A DNA stretch of 63,819 nucleotides, counting the filler, from Pelomyxa schiedti (lineage: Eukaryota; Protista; Evosea): assembly GCA_020536535.1 (NCBI GenBank). It is 9 parts of 9 records of this genome, joined end to end, with 100 filler letters (N's around TTAATTAATTAA, not from the genome) between each part and the next. Parts side by side here need not be neighbours in the genome. Positions count along the whole stretch, not along the records: positions 57,354 to 59,915 come from JAHLWZ010001958.1; positions 60,016 to 62,406 come from JAHLWZ010002014.1; positions 62,507 to 63,819 come from JAHLWZ010002599.1; 6 more parts are not named here. One strand, given 5' to 3'. This document shows positions 57,610-63,819 of the stretch, piece after piece. Numbering within the stretch: the stretch's first letter is position 1; each line of letters starts with the position of its first letter. The notes under the pieces were generated by a model, which did not search any database, was not told the DNA's origin, and saw only the letters and a program-made list of their open reading frames with translations. A program made the translations under genes and the position numbers.

Positions 57610-59576
57610 TCCCCCTTACTCACCCTTTTCATCTTTTGTGGCCATTAACCAGTGATGTCCTCTACCGTCAGATCAGGGAAGTGCCTCAGAGTGAACTGTG
57701 TAATTACAGGTGAGTGCCGCACAAGCTTTAGGAACTCACATCAACTTTTGAGGTAACGTGATGTTGAACCTGTTTATGAGCCACTCTGCACAGCACTCCT
57801 TGTCACACGACATCAGTTTGTACAGTAGCTCGTTGTTGTCAGCTGTGATGTGTTCCCGTTCAAGTTGAAAGTGTGTGATCAGCCACTTCACTGCTTTGCT
57901 GGAAAACAAACCTGGCTTTCAAGGCCCCTTGAGACACACTCCTTGGTTAAACCACGGATGTTGTTCTCCACCATGGATGCAATTGTTTGTACCTGTTGGA
58001 GAGAATCGAGTTGAAGTATGCTTTCTCTGAGGGCCTGTGCGAAGACTTCTGACTTGTCTTGTTCAGGGATCATTGGGAACTTCTCAAGGAGCAGACTTGC
58101 CACCCGAGTTGACTTAGGGTTGCACAAAAGATCTCTTACACTGTCCACAACAAACCCTGTTTGATGTTGAAGGGTGCCACTGAAATCCAGGTGCGCCAGA
58201 AGCCAGTCTAGGCCTGAAACCCCTCCTCTGGAAGAAGGAATTCCTTTGCACACTCTCACAAGGAGCTGTCTCGAAGCTGTGACTCCCCTGTGCCGTTCCA
58301 AGAGGTGGTGGGCATCTTCCAACCATGACGCAATCGAAGTATTGCTGTTGGCCAATGCAGTGACAAATGAGTTGTCAATATCCTCTTGTGAAAGCAACAG
58401 TCTCGTTGACAACCACTTCACCAGTTTGGTGCTATCTTCGAAGTTCCTGCAGACTGTGAGGAATAGCTCTGGTGTAACAGTGACCAAGTTGGCTTCCACA
58501 AAGAATTTGATGAACTCAATTGGTCCAGAGAAATCCTCCGTAACATACAAGGGAACACTTGCAATAACGCCAGGCAGTTCAGACATCACCCACTTCAACA
58601 CATCAAGCCTTCTGATGAAACTAAACTCAATGGGGTCAAGAGAGTGAGGCAACTCAATGTGTTTGCTGACGTATTGGCAGATTTCCTCACTGCTACCCCT
58701 CTTTCCCCCAATGCAAGCCATGAAAGTACTGTAGTGTGAACACGCTTGGGGAAACGTGGCAAAGCACCACTTGACAACCTCCAGGTTCCCACTCTCACAT
58801 GCATTTGAGTGAAAGTCCCTGTAGCCGTGTTTCTTGAACCTTTCCACCAAGTCAAAGGTGCCAACCATCCACTGAGCCAACTCCAGGTGACCACTGGCCA
58901 GAGCAGACCCAAGTGGCCCCACAAATTCCCACAGATCCTTGATTCCAAACCTCTGGATCAACCACTTGGCCGTGTCCCTCCTCCCCCTCCCACAAACCTC
59001 CCTCAAAATTCCAGAAGCCCTCACATTTTCAGCCAGCTCCTGCTCCCCTGAGTAATGAGTTTCCCCTCCACTCTTCTCAACCCCACTGCTGAGACCAGCA
59101 TGCTGGTCTCTGTTTTGAGTGAGGCCGGGCCAGTCCCCTCCAACGAGCCTTTGAGCCTCCTCCAGGTGCCCACCCGCACACAGCCCCCCAAGCACACACA
59201 TGAACTCCTTGTTTTCTCTCCTCCTCCTCCCAATGCCATCCTCCATCGTTGTGCTCGGGCTTCCTCCCTCACCCAGTCCATCAGTTTTGGTCACCTCCTC
59301 GTCTTCTCTCGCTGCAGTATTCCTCCTCCTCCTCGACGCGATGAGCCAGTCCACGTACGAGGTGCTCCCTGCCTCCACCGCCGCGCGCAGGGCCACGTGC
59401 CATCTGTTCGGCAGCACCACGAGGGCCTTGCACACAAGGCCCCTCAGGGGGAACAGCGCCTCGACGACCACACACAGGGCCACGGCGTGCTTTACCGTCA
59501 GTTCGAGGCGGGGCCTGGGCAGCTTGGGCACGAGCCAGGGCATGAGGACGGCGTCCCACACCACGCACAACACCAT
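57610..59576 (-). pseudogene. Expanded family 2 member (ankyrin-like), frameshifted near 57905 (pseudogene or homopolymer error)
   Basis: VVWDAVLMPWL..EALFPL..C; repeats LCAGGHLEEAQRL, ALASGHLELAQWM, ACESGNLEVVKW; one extra T in GTTTGTTTTCC restores SSKAVKWLITHFQLEREHI..NELL..CAEWLI, homologous to the 36446 copy. Confidence 0.7.
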
Positions 59577-60599
59577 CACAGCGCGTGGTTAGTGTAGGTT
59601 GGGAATGTGGCACACTTCAGTGGAGTGGGGGATTTACCTTGGTGATGACAGGCTTTCATCACAGTTCAAGTCTTGGATGCTGCTAAATCGAAAAAGAAAA
59701 AAAGGAGGGGTAACACTCCAGCACCACAAGGTGCCGAAAACAAAAGACCCATTTCAACACAGGTTGAACGTGGGAAAAGGAAAAAAAAATCTGAGATTGG
59801 AGGTGAGGCAATACTGGGGAGACAAGGAAGGAGAAAACCTGATGAGGAAAAGCGGAGCAGAGCTGCGCTCACCATTCTCCTGAGTGGCGTCAGTATGTAT
59901 ATATACTAAATAATANNNNNNNNNNNNNNNNNNNNNNNNNNNNNNNNNNNNNNNNNNNNTTAATTAATTAANNNNNNNNNNNNNNNNNNNNNNNNNNNNN
60001 NNNNNNNNNNNNNNNTAATATGCAGTAAAAGCATACCTCAAAATACTTTGCACTACTAGGGTACCGGAACAACACGCCAAAAACGAACCACCATCACAAT
60101 ACATCAAAAAAAAAACCAGCGTCGTTGATACGATCAACTGCCCCGAAATTAAATTAATTTTTGTGTTGGGAGACGCCACTGTCCATTTTTTATTGAGAAG
60201 AGAAATGAGTGGAATGTGCACATGAAGTAACATTTACAACCATTGTCGAAATGGGAGAGCTTACACTTTTTTTGGTGCTCCTTAGCGGTTTGCATTGAAT
60301 CCAAGGCAAATTGATGGCACCAAGTGGCTCTTGGGTGACGTCCGTCAACAAGACACAACTCCTCAGCTTGCATGTGTGTGGTCATGCTGCCATCAACACA
60401 CATGGGCGTTGTCATGTGCACACAATGGAGAGGTCCACCTGCTGATGGAAATAACCCTGCAGAAACTCGCTGAGGGTTAACAAGACCCTTGAAATCTATT
60501 ACCTGAGGAAAACTGTTGGCCTGCCCCAAAGCACTCTGCCTTGTTGGAGCCAACGAGGTGTTTTTTCCTTCAAACAGCCAAGGGAAAGCTTGGTGGGAA

Positions 60600-61090
60600 T
60601 TAAAAACAACACAAGGGCATCACGCCGAGACGCCGACACAGAGGAAATCCGAGAGTGAGGACACAGCACCCAGTGAATGGCTCAATCACGCTCAAGTTTG
60701 ATCCACATGAGCAGAGGACGAACCCCGATTGTCCACACACCACCTCGAAGCGTGGGTGGAGCCGGTGGAGGAGGAGTGGTTCCTCCTCATCCAAACGATT
60801 GGAATTGGTGGTGTACATGATAGCCACTTCGGAGGGGTTGGTTGGGTCGTTGCAATCACAAATCAGCAAGTCGTCGTCTGTTGCTTCTTGACGATCCCGG
60901 ATGAGGAACACAGAGTCACTCAAAGGCATAAACCAAGAGAATGGGTCAAGTGGCGTGCAACAGCCAGTCACTTCCTCTACAAGACCACCATCACCCGGTG
61001 TGTGCATGTTATCAGAGATGTATTCCGTGAGGATGAAACAACGGGCACCATTTTTCTTCCTCGGCACCTTGTGGAAATGCCACTGCGAAC
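60600..61090 (-). pseudogene. C-terminal half of a family 1 member without a recognisable N-terminal motif
   Basis: RKKNGARCFIL..LSDSVFLI..ICDCNDP..FEVVCGQSGFV..VIEPFTGCCVLTL aligns by eye with the C-termini of the 32409 and 45444 proteins. Confidence 0.55.
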
Positions 61091-61203
61091 AGGCACATTG
61101 AGTAGTCTGAGTTACGAAGGCGTGGTTGTAGCATCGATTTGGTTATTTTTGGGTCTGTTACATTATTTAACATCATAAGAGTTTGTCAAATTTGAGGAAC
61201 CTT

Positions 61204-62406
61204 TTACAAAGAGGATTCACAGTCAAAGCGACCACGGTGGGAGTTAAAGCACAAAGGGAAGTGGCAGACACATAACCCTGTGGCAACATCACGAACAGTG
61301 AATGTGATTTCAGTGGAACTTTCACTGCCACTCACAGCACCACTGTGAGCAATGAGACCTGAGTGCAAAGGGATTGCTGGGCACGCCCATGTGCACGGTG
61401 TTGGTGTCAGTTTCTTGTTTGCAACGTTGTACACTTTGAACTTGGAGTAATCCCTTTGAGCCCTCACAAACAGATGGTTCCTGCCAACCGGTGTGACGAA
61501 GGCATACTGTGGAAACCGTGCAACTTGCTTCTCAGTTGTCATGTCAACCAGAACAGTGTGGTAAGTGGGGTCGAGGTGCAATGTGCAGATTGAGCCATCA
61601 GGCCGCCAGATAACACCCTTAATCTGCATGTTTCCAACGTAGCGGCACATCAACTTGGATGTTGCAACCAATTTTCCTTGGTCGAAGCTGGCTTGCAGGT
61701 CACAGAACAGTATGACACAGCTGCCAATTTCTTGGTCGAAGGAAGAAACGATCACCACATCATCACAAAATGGTGAGAACTGCAGAAACCTATCACGCAG
61801 GCTCCTGTCGACGCACAGTGGAGGATCCTTGGACAGATCACCTCCAACAATCTTCCAAATGCGAGTTGTGTCCATTTTTGGGAATCCAACGACCCACCTC
61901 CTGTTGCACAACGGTGGGAAGTAGGACCATCCTTCCAGGGGAACCTCAGTGGTTCTTAAGCTTCGAACTGTTCCAACCTCCTCAATTTCAAACAACTTCT
62001 TCCTGCGACAACCCACCGATTCCACCAGAATCCTGTTGTGTCCCACACACCCACACACCGGCCAGTGTGTGTACAAAGAGTGACGGACAAGCCCCAGAGT
62101 GGGTGACACAACCACGTGCAAGTAGTGACATGGTATTGGGAGTGTGATCACAGCCTCTTCACTTGGCCACAGAACCCAGTCCTCTGCCCATGCCCTGAAC
62201 AACGCGGTTGATTGTATCCATTGTATCATTGATTGTGAAATATGTGCCCAGACAAATTTTGCTGTTTTGGTCGATGGTGGTGGTTCTGAGGTTTTCCCCA
62301 GTGATGGTTGTGGTTGTGATGATGGTGAGAAACAACCACAGCAACCTCTTTGTTGGATGGTTGTTGGGGCACAAAGAATAACCATCACCTGTGACTTGGC
62401 TGTCGT
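61204..62406 (-). CDS. Expanded family 1 member (divergent subgroup), intronless, 5'-truncated
   Basis: AKSQVMVILCA..RGCCG..WAEDWVL..VVVSPTLGLV..CNRRWVV..IWKI..CDLQASFDQGKLV. Confidence 0.7.
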   Translation of the reverse strand, partial: TTAKSQVMVILCAPTTIQQRGCCGCFSPSSQPQPSLGKTSEPPPSTKTAKFVWAHISQSMIQWIQSTALFRAWAEDWVLWPSEEAVITLPIPCHYLHVVVSPTLGLVRHSLYTHWPVCGCVGHNRILVESVGCRRKKLFEIEEVGTVRSLRTTEVPLEGWSYFPPLCNRRWVVGFPKMDTTRIWKIVGGDLSKDPPLCVDRSLRDRFLQFSPFCDDVVIVSSFDQEIGSCVILFCDLQASFDQGKLVATSKLMCRYVGNMQIKGVIWRPDGSICTLHLDPTYHTVLVDMTTEKQVARFPQYAFVTPVGRNHLFVRAQRDYSKFKVYNVANKKLTPTPCTWACPAIPLHSGLIAHSGAVSGSESSTEITFTVRDVATGLCVCHFPLCFNSHRGRFDCESSL

Positions 62407-63587
62407 NNNNNNNNNNNNNNNNNNNNNNNNNNNNNNNNNNNNNNNNNNNNTTAATTAATTAANNNNNNNNNNNNNNNNNNNNNNNNNNNNNNNNNNNNNN
62501 NNNNNNTTCAAGCCTTTTTGCACTTACAACTCCCAGAAGTGGTAAGAGAAATAAGGAAGGCTGAGGCAGCCAACGCACCACCTCCACCTTCATCTAAGTG
62601 CAGCGTGATGTAAAATTATCTTGCCTCTCCTACTAGACTGGACCAAAACCTGAGCGACTTTTTAGCACAAAAGGCGGTTTCGGCTAATATTGATAGGAAA
62701 AAATCGCGTCGCGCTTTGGTGTTGTGTCATCCCACAAAAAAAAATGGTGATTAGTGGTACGCCATCAGCAATTATCGCAATAGAACGTCTCTTGAACTCA
62801 CCAGGTTAGTGCTCACGTGTGGCATCAACTCAACACAGGTCCAAACAAACATACAACGACCTTCCCCCCCACTCTTAGCGGCGTGCCTGAGCCGCCACAG
62901 CAGGGCCCAGGCACTCCCTGAAGGAGGCGAGGTGAAGGCGCGCCGTGGCGGCAGGGGTGGATTTTGGTCGAGTACTCATGAACTTCGGCCAATAAGCAGA
63001 AGTTTGTGAGCTCATGAGCGCTCCTGAGCTTATCAACTTGGCTTGAAAAACTTTTTGTTTTCTTTGAATTCCTCGAGGATGGCCGCTTAGGTTGATCTGA
63101 TTGTTTTTCGACTCGAGTACCCGAATTCCTGCTCTTTGCGGGGTTGTGAGTGAGGACTGTCAGCAGATGATTGTATTCTCCCTGCTTGCAGGTACTAGCA
63201 TCTCAGCTCTGTAACACTCCTGTAGCCAAGGTGTCTGAGGGCCTAGAGGAATCTCTACTCTCCTTCCTAAGCGGACCTCACACAGGTTTTTTCCTTGACA
63301 TTGATCACAAATGAGCGCTCATGAACCGTTGATGTTGCTCACTTAGATCTGTAATGAGCGTGAGCCGCTCATAAATCCACCCCTGCGTGGCGGTACTACG
63401 GGCGGTCTTCGGCTATGAACCATTCAACCCACAATCCGATACTCCCTTCCTCAGGAAATTGTGGTCTTTTTTCCGCAAAGTGATAGTACCAGAAGAGAAG
63501 TCGCTGTTTCGGAAAGAATCAGCCCAAAGGTAACCGACCTCAGCAAGGTGTTGAGTTTAGGCCACAAGACAAAAATCAGATAAAGCC

Positions 63588-63624
63588 CAGGATCGGTCGG
63601 TCTGGTGTTTTTTTTTATTCCGCC
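63588..63624 (+). mobile_element. Right half of MITE family A (partial)
   Basis: CAGGATCGG..GTCTGGTGTTTTTTTTTATTCCGCC followed by AGAT (ANNT). Confidence 0.6.
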
Positions 63625-63626
63625 AG

Positions 63627-63819
63627 ATGTCCAGTACCGGCGGTGGTGTGGCCGTAGATGCGACAACAAAGACCATGACGACAAATGGCGGTAACGGTGG
63701 TGGTGGTGGTGGTAGTAGTGTGGGTGGTGGGGCCGGTGTGAGCGGAGGCAACGTGGTCGGTGGGAGTGGTGTATCCGCTGTCAGACTGCCAAAATCTACC
63801 TTGTCACAAGATGTAGTGT
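63627..63819 (+). CDS. 5' start of a gene with Gly-rich N-terminus (runs off window)
   Basis: ATG TCC AGT ACC GGC.. open to the window end (MSSTGGG..GGGGGG..PKSTLSQDVV). Confidence 0.45.
   Translation, partial: MSSTGGGVAVDATTKTMTTNGGNGGGGGGSSVGGGAGVSGGNVVGGSGVSAVRLPKSTLSQDVV

Overview
Eukaryotic protist DNA, not bacterial: most genes are split by short (~40-110 nt) GT-AG introns, so the six-frame ORF track shows only exon fragments. Gene content (ABP34-type actin bundler, Ras, RhoGAP, TRIM-like proteins, an anaerobe-type aldehyde:ferredoxin oxidoreductase) points to an anaerobic amoebozoan; my inference is an archamoeba such as Pelomyxa, which I cannot confirm. The window is an artificial concatenation of 9 pieces joined by N-TTAATTAATTAA-N spacers (pieces ~1-2054, 2155-19434, 19535-21525, 21626-47946, 48047-55651, 55752-57253, 57354-59915, 60016-62406, 62507-63819), so adjacency across spacers means nothing. 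Housekeeping genes: E1-like start, ABP34, PH-RhoGAP, Di19-type Zn finger, ESF2, UPF3, Ras-like, PPEF-like, GCNA-like. Most notable: (1) an intron-rich AOR-family (tungsten-pterin) oxidoreductase on the same contig as a eukaryotic phosphatase; (2) a spliced NadD-NadK fusion; (3) an intronless RavA-type AAA+ domain abutting and probably fused to an intron-containing protein kinase; (4) two expanded, intron-poor families, each with a conserved N-terminal motif plus a variable repeat body, showing birth-and-death copies; (5) an accessory patch with an NlpC/P60-like hydrolase, a virus/phage-like intronless gene and two MITE families; (6) a Ty3/gypsy gag remnant followed by a family fragment. All calls come from manual reading and recalled motifs; no database searches were run.
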